DNA of 64,000 bases from an uncultured Holophagales bacterium (GTDB lineage Bacteria > Acidobacteriota > Thermoanaerobaculia > Multivoradales > UBA5704): assembly GCA_963844885.1 (NCBI GenBank), contig CAWJQA010000006.1, positions 608,366 through 672,365 on the forward strand. The letters are read 5' to 3'. Under the pieces are notes generated by a model that saw only the letters and a program-made list of their open reading frames with translations, made no database searches and was not told where the DNA came from. Below, piece after piece: positions 41,187-50,313 of the stretch (positions are counted from its first letter, which is position 1; every line of letters begins with the position of its first letter). A program made the translations under genes and the position numbers.

Positions 41187-43646
41187 TCAGCGAGGTTTGG
41201 CGCCAGGGGTCGCTTCTGCCTTGAGCCCGTACTGACTCAGCCTCTTACGCAACGTGTTGCGGGAGAGGCCGAGCGTCCGGCTGGTCTCGTTGAAGCGGCC
41301 CTGGCAGCGGGCGAGGCCCTCCGCGATGAGCTGGCGGTCGTAGAGCGCCAACGCCACCTTGTAGCTTTCTCCGGAAAGGCGGGCCGGCAGAGGGGGCGGC
41401 TCGGCGGTAAAGAGCTGCGCCCGGTCCTGCCGTGCCGGCGCCACGCCGGGCAGCTCACTCGGCTGTGCCGCTACGGCCGAAGCCGTGACCGCGTCTGGCG
41501 AAGCCCAGCAGCGCACGAAGCTATTCCGCGCCTCCAGCAGGTGAAGGTCCGTCAAGCGCCGGGCGTCAACCAGGGCCTGAAGGTCGCGCCAGAGTTGGAT
41601 CGTCTTGGCGTGGCGCTCCTCCCCGGCCTTTTTCATTCTCTCGATCGCTTCCTCGCAGACCCGGGCCGCCTTCGCGAGCTCGCCCCGCTTGAACAGAAGC
41701 TTGAAGCGGGTCAGCAGGGTCAGGAGGGCGTCCTTGTAAAGCCCGGCCTCCATACGAGTGGAAATGTTGGCGTTGAACGCCGCATCCGCTTCCCGCTCAA
41801 ACCCGAGAGCGTCGAGCACGAACGCCTCCAGGTAGCTCGACTGGAGCTCCGTGCGCGCTCCACCAGCCTGCCTGGAAAGACGTATCGTGGCGTCAAGGCA
41901 ACACAGCGCTTCGGTCGGGCGCCCCAGGTCCACAAGGCTCGAAGTGATGATGTTCCGCGCCAGGATCTTGAGTCGGACCTGGCCCGGCGCCAGTAGCCTC
42001 AGCGCCTCCTCCGCGCGATCGACGGCCTCCGAGTGCCGGTCGGCGGCCATGAGGGTGTTGGCTTCCTTGACCGTGGTGAAGGCCGCTCCGGCGGCATCCC
42101 GGATTCTGCGGTAGAGGGCCGCGGCGCGCGCCAGCAAGGACAGGGCCTCTTCGTGATGGCACATGTCCGTTGCAAGCGACGCCTGGAGCGAGAGCAGCCG
42201 AGCGTCACGAGCCGGGTCGCCGGTTCCCCGGCCGAGATGGCTCCGCGCGTTGCCGAAGGCGGCGGCAGAGCCTTGCCAATCCCCTGCCAACCGGCGGCAG
42301 TTCCCTTTGACCCCCAGGGCCGCGCCCTGAAGGTCGAGCTTGACCGGCGCCGGACAGCGGCTTGGAGGGAGGATGCCGGCCAGGGCGTACGCGACGGACG
42401 CCTCCTCTTCGCCGCGATGGGGTTCGATCAGCGCAGCCGCGGCAGCCTCCTCCAGGATCGTTTCGACCAACTCGCGCGTCTGGAGCATCCGAACGGACTT
42501 GATCCGGGCAAGTTGCTCCGCGGTGGAGCACGACCGGAGATCCTCCCACCAGACCCGTGCCCGCAGCCGGCTCAGAGCCCTTCTGCCCTCCTCGTCGAGC
42601 CGGACGAGGCCGGCGCCATCCGCACCCTCCGCGGAGGCATCCTGCGAAACGTCCACCGCGATGCCATACCTCTTGATCTTTGCTCGGAGCGTGCCGGGGG
42701 CGATCTTGAGCTGTCGCGCGGTCTCCAGGATGCGGCCTCCGCACTGGGCAAGTCCTTTCCCGAGGAGCGCGCGGTCATAGCGTTCCAGGGCCGCCTCGTA
42801 ATCATCCCAGGAAGGGTTTGCCTCCGGGCTCGGCAGCCCGTCCCAGTTTTCGGATTCGGAATGGACCGCGACGCTGCGCTGCATGGGGGCCTGCTCGGCG
42901 GCGCCCGTGTTTCCTCCGCCTCCCTCCAGAGGAGATCCTTGGGCGGGAACGTTCCAGTGCCGCGCGAGGAAGCACCGAGCCGAAAAGAGCTGGTGCTCGC
43001 TCAAGCTTCGAGCCTCGACCAGGGCCAGGAGACCGCGCCAGAGGCCTTCCACCTGCTTTTGACAAGGCACTTCCGCCTCCCGCATCGCCGCGAGCGCCTC
43101 TTCACAAGCGTGGGCCGCCTTGTCCAGCTCTCCCCGCCGGTACAGCAGCTCGAAGCGGGTCATCATGGTCAGAAAGGCGTCCTTGTAGAGTTCGGCTTCC
43201 ATGCGCTTCGCGATGTTTCTGCGGAAGGCTTTCTCCGCGTCCCGGGCATGGCCCAGGGAATCGAGCAAGAGCGCTTCAAGGTAGTCCCCCTGAAGGTCCG
43301 GCCGCCGTTCCGGGAGGTTCTCATCGAGCGGGCGGGTAAGGGCGTAGCTCGTCAACGCCGCGGCCGGCCGCCCGAGGAACACGAGGCTGGAGGTGATGAT
43401 GTTCCTCGCCAGCATCTCAAGGCGGATGTCCCTCGGCGTCAGCAATCCCAAAGCCTCTTCCGCTCGGGCCATGGCTTGGTCATAGCGGCAGGCGGCCAGG
43501 AGTGTATTGGCCTCTTTGACCGCGACGGTCGCAAGAGCGATCGGATCAACCGCTTTGCTATAGAGAGGGGACGCTCGGGCCAGACAAGTCTCAGCCTGCT
43601 CCAGATAGCCGGTGTCCATCGCGAGCGATGCCTGGCTCGAAAGCAA
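41187..43646 (-). CDS. TPR-like repeat transcriptional regulator(s) with C-terminal Fis-type HTH; two tandem paralogous units fused in one 819-aa ORF
   Basis: Two internally homologous modules each end in a Fis-type HTH (ETARQLKIAPGTLRAKIKRYG, ETSRTLGLSRNTLRKRLSQYG). TPR-like helical repeats are present. Confidence 0.6.
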   Translation of the reverse strand: MLSSQASLAMDTGYLEQAETCLARASPLYSKAVDPIALATVAVKEANTLLAACRYDQAMARAEEALGLLTPRDIRLEMLARNIITSSLVFLGRPAAALTSYALTRPLDENLPERRPDLQGDYLEALLLDSLGHARDAEKAFRRNIAKRMEAELYKDAFLTMMTRFELLYRRGELDKAAHACEEALAAMREAEVPCQKQVEGLWRGLLALVEARSLSEHQLFSARCFLARHWNVPAQGSPLEGGGGNTGAAEQAPMQRSVAVHSESENWDGLPSPEANPSWDDYEAALERYDRALLGKGLAQCGGRILETARQLKIAPGTLRAKIKRYGIAVDVSQDASAEGADGAGLVRLDEEGRRALSRLRARVWWEDLRSCSTAEQLARIKSVRMLQTRELVETILEEAAAAALIEPHRGEEEASVAYALAGILPPSRCPAPVKLDLQGAALGVKGNCRRLAGDWQGSAAAFGNARSHLGRGTGDPARDARLLSLQASLATDMCHHEEALSLLARAAALYRRIRDAAGAAFTTVKEANTLMAADRHSEAVDRAEEALRLLAPGQVRLKILARNIITSSLVDLGRPTEALCCLDATIRLSRQAGGARTELQSSYLEAFVLDALGFEREADAAFNANISTRMEAGLYKDALLTLLTRFKLLFKRGELAKAARVCEEAIERMKKAGEERHAKTIQLWRDLQALVDARRLTDLHLLEARNSFVRCWASPDAVTASAVAAQPSELPGVAPARQDRAQLFTAEPPPLPARLSGESYKVALALYDRQLIAEGLARCQGRFNETSRTLGLSRNTLRKRLSQYGLKAEATPGAKPR

Positions 43647-44199
43647 CCCTGCCTCCCGCGCCGGCTCTCCGGTACCGCATTCGAGATGGCCTCGGGCCTC
43701 TTTGAAGGCTTTCGGAAGAGCCGCGCCAGTCCGCCGCCAGCCGGCGGCAGTTACCGACCACCTTCATGGCCTCGCTCTGAAGGTCATTCCTGAGAGCTTC
43801 GGAAATGTCTTGCTTGGAAAGGCTGCCCGCCAGCTCGTACGCGACGAGCGCCGTCTCCTCGCCGAGGAACGGATCGTTCGGCGCGGCGGCTGAAGCCGCC
43901 GCGATCACCGTGTCGAACATCTCCCGCGTCCGAAGGTCCGCCTCGGCCTTGATGCGCCCGATCTGTTGCTCGGCGGAGAGGCTCGCCAGCTCCGTCCACC
44001 GGGCGCGCGCCCGCGCCCGGCCCATAGCCGTTCTCTCTTCCTCCAGCCGGGACCGTTCCAACTCCGCGAGGACCCCATAGGCACGATCCCAGCACGGTGT
44101 GCAGCGGGCGAGGTGCGAGGCGGTGGCCGCCTCCTCGGACCCGACCGCCTGGCGGGAGAAGAACCGGGCCAGCGTGGAGGGCGAAAGGTGCTGCTCCAT
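43591..44199 (-). CDS. N-terminal region of the first regulator paralog with ZAS-like HxxxCxxC motif (joins the 41187..43646 frame via 1 apparent frameshift)
   Basis: MEQHLSPSTLARFF...HLARCTPCWDRAYG (anti-sigma zinc-finger-like motif). The segment LVAYELAGSLSK...GNCRRLAADWRGS is homologous to the N-terminus of module 2. Confidence 0.5.
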   Translation of the reverse strand: MEQHLSPSTLARFFSRQAVGSEEAATASHLARCTPCWDRAYGVLAELERSRLEEERTAMGRARARARWTELASLSAEQQIGRIKAEADLRTREMFDTVIAAASAAAPNDPFLGEETALVAYELAGSLSKQDISEALRNDLQSEAMKVVGNCRRLAADWRGSSESLQRGPRPSRMRYRRAGAGGRVAFEPGIARDGHRLSGAG

Positions 44200-44253
44200 T
44201 CCAAGCCTCCTCTTGAATTGTGACCAGCGCGTCAGAATACACGAAGAAAGACG

Positions 44254-44277
44254 GAGGGCGGAAAAAACCGCCCTCCT
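44254..44277 (-). terminator. intrinsic terminator-like hairpin downstream of the small peptide gene
   Basis: GGAGGGCGG-AAAAAA-CCGCCCTCC perfect 9-bp stem. On the minus strand the loop is T6 and a T-rich tract (GTCTTTCTT) follows. Confidence 0.55.
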
Positions 44278-44311
44278 TGAAGTGAAGTGCTCTCAGGCGC
44301 CCGAAGCGAGC

Positions 44312-44464
44312 CTAGCCGTCGGGATCGAACTGGCCACCGAAGTTCGGCGTGGCTCCGCCGTTGGGATCGAACTGGTTGCCGAAGTCTGCGGTGGCTCCGT
44401 CGGGATCAAAGAGGTTTCCGAAGTTCGCCAGCCCCAATGCTAAAGCCCAGAGAAGACGAGACAT
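44312..44464 (-). CDS. 50-aa secreted peptide with three tandem 13-aa repeats (not in ORF track, under 60 aa)
   Basis: RBS GGAAAGG 8 nt upstream. MSRLLWALALGLA (signal) + NFGNLFDPDGAT / ADFGNQFDPNGGATP / NFGGQFDPDG*. Terminator hairpin about 35 nt downstream. Confidence 0.45.
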   Translation of the reverse strand: MSRLLWALALGLANFGNLFDPDGATADFGNQFDPNGGATPNFGGQFDPDG

Positions 44465-44738
44465 ACCAATACCTGCCTTTCCGGGAGACGCTCAACCCGC
44501 GGATCAGACATTGACCCGGTCAAAAAAGGTCTCCCGGGCCGGAGTGTGCCTGTTCGGGTGGATTGGGACAAGGCCGGTGCCGGGTCAGGGAGCTGGGCGA
44601 CAAAAAAAGTCCCGCTCCGTCCTGGGCCGACTTTGCGATGATTCGCCGCGACGAAGTTTCTCCATGCTGAAAGGAGAGAGCCATGAAACGGAGCCCGCGT
44701 CATGAACGTCGTCGGAATCCAGAGGAGGCAAGCTCACA

Positions 44739-45092
44739 ATGGCAGCGCCAAAGAAGCTCCTGGCCGTTCTCAGAAAGCATCTCGATTCGTTGAATGAGCC
44801 CTACCTCGGGGTGGAACGCCGTATTGGGCTGCCGAGTGGGACCATCGGCAAGCTCCTTGCCGGAGAAATGTACCTTCGCCTTCGCCACATCGCCCTGATA
44901 GGGGGAGTTTTCGGCGTCTCCGTCCTCGAGTTGTTTTGCGCGGCGTACGGCCCCAGAGGAGGGCTGGCGCGCTTATCCAAACTATTCGTGGCGGATTTTG
45001 TGAGCGAGGAGTTGGAGAAGCTGTTCCTTACAGGAAAAATCGACGAGCGAGAATTGGCGACACGAATCAAGAATCTCAAAGTGGAGGAGTGA
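44739..45092 (+). CDS. XRE-like HTH domain protein
   Basis: LGVERRIGLPSGTIGKLLAGEMYLRLRHIALIGGVFGVSVLELF. Lower-GC segment. Confidence 0.5.
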   Translation: MAAPKKLLAVLRKHLDSLNEPYLGVERRIGLPSGTIGKLLAGEMYLRLRHIALIGGVFGVSVLELFCAAYGPRGGLARLSKLFVADFVSEELEKLFLTGKIDERELATRIKNLKVEE

Positions 45093-45142
45093 CCAGAGCT
45101 GGCTGAGCAACTGTATCCGCGGGAAATCGTGGAGGAGGGGAT

Positions 45143-45517
45143 ATGCAAGCGAATGACTTCTTCGAGCAGATCGGCCCAACTCTGGTCATGCTGCGTGTAA
45201 GAGCCGGGTTGTCTGCTGCTTCTGTAGCGAGAATGGCCCGAGTAGGCAAGAGTCAAATATCGAAGTATGAAACAGGAAAGGAGAGTCCCAAGTTTGAAAG
45301 CCTCGCGAGGATACTCGACGCACTCAACGTTGAGCCCCTGCCCTTCTTCTACTACGTGCATTCGATTAGCCGCGGTGTTACGGATGAGCGGCTGAGGATA
45401 GAGCTCACGCTGATTGAATCGGGTCGAAAAGCGAATGGCTTGAAGGTTACCGGACGACTCCTGACGCTCGACCAACTGGTACTGGTGTGTCTGACTCCTG
45501 ATGAGGAAGGCGGTTGA
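45143..45517 (+). CDS. XRE family helix-turn-helix transcriptional regulator
   Basis: LSAASVARMARVGKSQISKYETGKESPKFESLARILDALNVEP canonical XRE HTH. Confidence 0.7.
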   Translation: MQANDFFEQIGPTLVMLRVRAGLSAASVARMARVGKSQISKYETGKESPKFESLARILDALNVEPLPFFYYVHSISRGVTDERLRIELTLIESGRKANGLKVTGRLLTLDQLVLVCLTPDEEGG

Positions 45518-45864
45518 ACATGGCAGGCAAAGGAGAAGCGTTGCCGGACAAGTTCAACCTTGCATACTGCAAGTACTGCGCCGATGCGTTCAGGTCTGCC
45601 GGAGGGTTGGCATGAAGGTGAAGAAAGGCTCCCAGGTCGAGCGGCAGTGGCGTTTCTCGACGCAGGAAAGGACATCCGTGGGGCGATACCGGACATCGCG
45701 CCCGAGCTCGTATCCGCGCCCCGTTCGGCTTGGTCCGGTTCGAGGGGGTTTGATCAGGCTCCATAGGGGAAGCAATACGCCGTGAAACTCCTGGATTTCC
45801 TGGGAAATATCGAAGAATCAAGACTTTACCTCCCATCGGTGCTCAGATTCCACGAATCCCCGCC

Positions 45865-46134
45865 CTACGCCGGCAACGGCACCCGCAGTTCCAGCGTGCC
45901 TGCCGACGGCCGCGCTTCGAGCTCGCCCTGGCCCAGGCCGTCAGGGAGCCGGACGTGGAAGCAGTGAACGGCTTCCGGGTCGTGGAGGATGACGCCGCCG
46001 TCTTCCCAGGCTGCCTTGGCCGGCGGCAGGTGGTCGAAACGGACGATCAGCTCGTCGTTGTGGACGGCGACTTCCAGGTCGGGGGTCCAGGGGGTCTCGA
46101 TCATGGCGGAGACAAGCTCGGGGATCTCGGGCAT
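45865..46134 (-). CDS. small hypothetical protein, weak Hsp20/alpha-crystallin-like pattern
   Basis: RBS GAGGAGAG then MPEIPELVSAMIETPWTPDLEVAVHNDELIVRFDHLP...RLPDGLGQGELEARPSAGTLELRVPLPA. 89 aa. Confidence 0.35.
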   Translation of the reverse strand: MPEIPELVSAMIETPWTPDLEVAVHNDELIVRFDHLPPAKAAWEDGGVILHDPEAVHCFHVRLPDGLGQGELEARPSAGTLELRVPLPA

Positions 46135-46362
46135 GGCACGTCTCTCCTCTCGTTGGCCACCAGAGTAGAAGCCGGGTAGCCTCATCGCCACATCTCTCGG
46201 GGTGGCCCTCCGGCCCACTCCGGGCGGTCTTGGATCCCCACCCCCAGGGGTGGCGGAAGCGCCCCTCCCAAACCCTCCCTTGGCATGGTGTGCTTCCCGG
46301 CGTGCTCCCGTACGCTCCTCACAACGGAAGAAACCGTGAAGGCACAAGGGGAGACCCGGACC

Positions 46363-47751
46363 ATGAACGACCTCTGGCAGCCGATCCTGTTCGACCGCGA
46401 CATGCTGCTCAAGTACGACCGACCAGGGCCCCGCTACACCTCGTATCCGACCGCACCCCACTTCGAGGATGGGTTCGGCCACGCCGAGTACTCGCGGCTC
46501 CTGGAGCGGAGCGCGGCTTCGCAACGCCCGCTGTCGCTCTACGTCCACATCCCCTTCTGCGCGCACCGCTGTTTCTTCTGCGGCTGCAACGTGACCATCT
46601 CGCGCGACCGCCAGTGGGGCCGCCGCTACCTTCCCATGCTCGCCCGCGAGATGGAGATGGCCGCCGAGCGTCTCGATGCCGGCCACCGCGAGGTCGTCCA
46701 GATCCACTGGGGTGGCGGCACGCCGACCTTCCTGCCGCCCGAGGATCTCACCGAGCTGATGCAGCTCATCCGCCGCAACTTCCGCCTGTCGGATACCTGC
46801 GAGATCGGCGTCGAGGTCGATCCGCGCGAGTGCTCACCCGCCCATCTCGACGCGCTCGCGGAGGGCGGCGTCAACCGGCTCAGCATGGGCTTGCAGGAGC
46901 TCGATCCGCAGGTACAGAAGGCCGTCAACCGCATCCAGACCCGGGACGAGACCTGGGCGGTGCTCGACGGCGCCCGGCAGCGCGGCATCGAGAGCATCAA
47001 CGTCGACCTGATCTACGGTCTCCCCCACCAGACGCCGGAACGCTTCGCCGCCACGCTCGCGGACGTCCTGCGCATGGCGCCGGACCGGCTGGCGCTGTTC
47101 AACTTCGCCTACCTGCCCGCGGCCTTCCCGCACCAGAAGGTCATCGATGCGCAGGCGCTGCCGTCCCCCGACACCAAGCTGAGGATGCTGGAGGAGGCCG
47201 TCGCCACGCTCACCTCGGCCGGCCTCGTGTTCATCGGCATGGACCACTTCGCGCGGCCGGAAGACCCGCTGGCGCTGGCGCTGCGCGACCGGAGCCTGAC
47301 GCGGAATTTCCAGGGTTATACCACCTGCGGCCACGCGGACCTGGTGGGTTTCGGCGTGTCGTCGATCGGCGAGGTCGGCGGCGGCTACGCCCAGAACCTC
47401 AAGTCGGTGGCCGAGTACGGTGCGGCCGTCCAGAGCGACCGCTTCGCCACCTGCCGCGGCCTCGTGCTCGACGAGGAGGACGTGCTGCGGCGCGACGTGA
47501 TCCTGCGCCTGATGTGCCAGTTCCGGCTCGACAAGCGCGACGTCGAGCGCCGGTACGCGATCGAAAGCTTCGACCGCCGCTTCGCCGCCGAGCTGTCGCA
47601 GCTCGAACCCATGGCCGAGGACGGGCTGGTCGAGATCGACCGCGACAGCATCGAGGTCACCCCCCTGGGCCGGCTGCTGGTGCGCAACATCGCCATGAGC
47701 TTCGACGCCTATCTCGGAAAGTCCACCGTGCGCTACTCCAGGACCGTGTGA
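46363..47751 (+). CDS. hemN: oxygen-independent coproporphyrinogen III oxidase (radical SAM, HemN)
   Basis: MNDLWQPILFDRDMLLKYDRPGPRYTSYPTA N-terminus, CxxxCxxC (CAHRCFFCGC) and the HWGGGTPTFL motif. Confidence 0.9.
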   Translation: MNDLWQPILFDRDMLLKYDRPGPRYTSYPTAPHFEDGFGHAEYSRLLERSAASQRPLSLYVHIPFCAHRCFFCGCNVTISRDRQWGRRYLPMLAREMEMAAERLDAGHREVVQIHWGGGTPTFLPPEDLTELMQLIRRNFRLSDTCEIGVEVDPRECSPAHLDALAEGGVNRLSMGLQELDPQVQKAVNRIQTRDETWAVLDGARQRGIESINVDLIYGLPHQTPERFAATLADVLRMAPDRLALFNFAYLPAAFPHQKVIDAQALPSPDTKLRMLEEAVATLTSAGLVFIGMDHFARPEDPLALALRDRSLTRNFQGYTTCGHADLVGFGVSSIGEVGGGYAQNLKSVAEYGAAVQSDRFATCRGLVLDEEDVLRRDVILRLMCQFRLDKRDVERRYAIESFDRRFAAELSQLEPMAEDGLVEIDRDSIEVTPLGRLLVRNIAMSFDAYLGKSTVRYSRTV

Positions 47752-49760
47752 TGGTCACTCCATTTCCTTCCGAACGCCCGCCGCGGAGCTCCGTCTCCGC
47801 CGATCCGGCGCGGACCGCCGCCGCGCGCCAGCCGGCGTCGACGGTGCTGCTGATCGGCAACCCGAACGTCGGCAAAAGCCTGTTGTTCAAAAACCTGACG
47901 CACCGGTACGTCAATGTGTCGAATTTCCCCGGCACCACGGTCGAGGTCACCCGCGCGCGTTCGGCCTTCGGCCGGCGCGACGTGGAGGAGATGGAGATCG
48001 TCGATTCGCCGGGGATCAACGACCTGTCGCCGCGCAGCGACGAGGCCCGCGTCACCCGCGCGCTGCTCGAACGGACGCCGGGCGCCACCGTGGTCCAGGT
48101 GGCCGACGCGAAAAACCTCCGCCGCTCGCTGCTGCTGACGCTCCAGCTCGCCGAGCTGCGCTGCCCGATGGTGCTGGTTCTCAATATGCTCGACGAGCTC
48201 GAGACGCGCGGCGGGAAGATCGACCGCGCCGAGCTGAGCCGCATCCTGGGCATTCCGGTGGTGGGCGCCGTGGCGCTGCGCAACCAGGGGACGGACGAGT
48301 TGATCGATGCGCTGTCGCAGGCGCGGATACCTCACGCCTGCCACGGCGCGATCGATGCAGGCGATGGCTCGGAGCCTTACGAGCGAAACCGCGAACGCCT
48401 GGCGCGCGTCAACGAGATCCTCGCCGCCACCTGGTCCATGTCGCAGCCGAGCCGCGCCTCGCTCAGCGTGCGCCTCGGGTTCTGGGCCATGCATCCGCTC
48501 AAAGGGCTGCTTTTTCTTCTCACGGTGCTGGCGCTGACCTTCTGGTTCGTCGGCCTGCTCGGCGCCGGGACCCTGGTGGATCTCCTGGAAACCGGCGTCT
48601 TCCACCAGCGGGTCACTCCGCTCGCCATCCGGGTGGCCGACGCGGTCCTGCCGTTCCCCCACACCCACGAGATGGAGGCGGTGGAGCTCAACCTCGCCCT
48701 GCCGGTGACGCCGATCCACGAGATCGGGATCGCCCGCTCCACCCGCGTCGTCGCCTCGCCGAAATATCACCTGGCGGTCGGCGCGCGGCCCGGCGGCGGC
48801 GCACGCACGCTGCGATTCTTCCACGATCTCCTGGTGGGCGAGTACGGGGTGATCACGATGGCTTTGAGCTATGCCTTCGCGATCGTGCTGCCGATCGTCA
48901 CCACGTTTTTCCTTCTGTTCAGCCTGTTGGAGGATTCGGGCTACCTGCCGCGGATGTCGATTCTCGTCAACCGGATTTTCCGGCTCATGGGATTGAACGG
49001 CAAGGCGGTGCTGCCGATGATTCTCGGCCTGGGTTGCGACACCATGGCGACGATGACCACGCGCATCCTGGAGACGCGCAAGGAGAGGCTGGTGACGACC
49101 ATGCTGCTGGCGCTCGCCGTGCCCTGCTCGGCGCAGCTCGGGGTGCTGCTGGCGATGATGGCGAGCCTGTCGCCGGGCGCGGCGTTCGCCTGGCTGATGC
49201 TGATGGTGGGCGTGGTGCTGCTGGTGGGGTGGCTTTCGGCGCGCGCCTTCCCGGGCGAGGCCGGCGATTTTCTGTTGGAGATCCCGCCGATGCGCCGGCC
49301 GCAGCTCGCCAACGTCTGGGTGAAGTCCGTCGGCCGGCTGAGCTGGTACCTGCGCGAGGTCATCCCGCTGTTCGTGGTGGGGACGCTCGCGCTGTTCCTC
49401 CTCGACCGCCTGGGCCTGCTGGCGGTGCTGTCGCGCCTCGGCGAGCCGCTCGTCACCGGCTGGCTCGGTCTGCCCAAGGAGACCTCGGCCGCGTTCCTGA
49501 TCGGGTTCCTGCGCCGCGACTTCGGCGCCGTCTACCTGCTCGATGCCGCCACCGGCCCCCACCCGCTGCTTTCGCCGCACCAGATCTTCGTCGCCATGGT
49601 CACGATCACGCTCTTCATGCCCTGCATCGCGAACTTCCTGATGATCGCGCGCGAGCACGGCCTCAAGACGGCGTGGGCGATGGCCGCTTTCATCTTTCCT
49701 TTCGCCTTCCTCGTGGGCGGGACCGTCCACCACATCGTGCTATGGCTGAGAACCTTCTGA
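47747..49760 (+). CDS. feoB: ferrous iron transporter FeoB
   Basis: ATG overlapping the hemN stop. G-domain VLLIGNPNVGKSLLFKNLT and DSPG, with polytopic C-terminal membrane domain. The upstream part of ORF 46230..49760 is artifact. Confidence 0.9.
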
Positions 49761-50224
49761 CCTGCCCTCTCTGCGGTTTCGAGTTCGAGCGCTCGGACTC
49801 CCTCTGCGGCCACGGCTGCCCGCTCGGCGCGGCCTGCCATCTGGCGCGCTGCCCGATGTGCGACTACGAGTTCCCGGAAAAGCCCGCCGCCACCGCTGAT
49901 CGCGTCTCCTGGCTGCGGCGGCTCTTCGGCCGCGCCGCGGCTCCCCCGCCGCCCCCCTGCCCCGGCGACGGCCTGCTGACCGTCAAGGATCTCCGGCCGG
50001 GCGAGGCGGCCGAAATCCTCGGCCTGTCCGGCGAAAACCCGTCGCGGCGCAACAACCTCGCGGTCTTCGGCGTCGTGCCGGGCTCGGAGGTCCGCCTGCT
50101 GCAGCGCTACCCTTCCTTCGTGCTGCGGATCGGCGAGACCGTGCTCGCTCTCGACGGCGAGGTGGCCGGCGCCATCGTGGTCCGCCGCCCGGTGTCGGAA
50201 AAGGCGGCCGCGACCGCCGCCTGA
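49742..50224 (+). CDS. feoA: FeoA-domain protein with N-terminal zinc-ribbon
   Basis: MAENLLTCPLCGF...CPMCDY (two CxxC) then FeoA/SH3-like LLTVKDLRPGEAAEILGLSG...VRLLQRYPSFVLRIGETVLALD. Overlaps the feoB stop. Confidence 0.7.
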   Translation: MAENLLTCPLCGFEFERSDSLCGHGCPLGAACHLARCPMCDYEFPEKPAATADRVSWLRRLFGRAAAPPPPPCPGDGLLTVKDLRPGEAAEILGLSGENPSRRNNLAVFGVVPGSEVRLLQRYPSFVLRIGETVLALDGEVAGAIVVRRPVSEKAAATAA

Positions 50225-50313
50225 AAGCTGGACAAAAGGAGAGCATACCGCTAACATTTCAGCGGTTTGATGACGGCGCTTTCATCGACTGGGGATTCCC
50301 CCGAGGAGGACAG

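Noticed and set aside
46230-49760. 1176-aa single ORF
   Set aside because: The first about 505 codons are an out-of-frame artifact over hemN. The real gene is feoB starting at the ATG at 47747.
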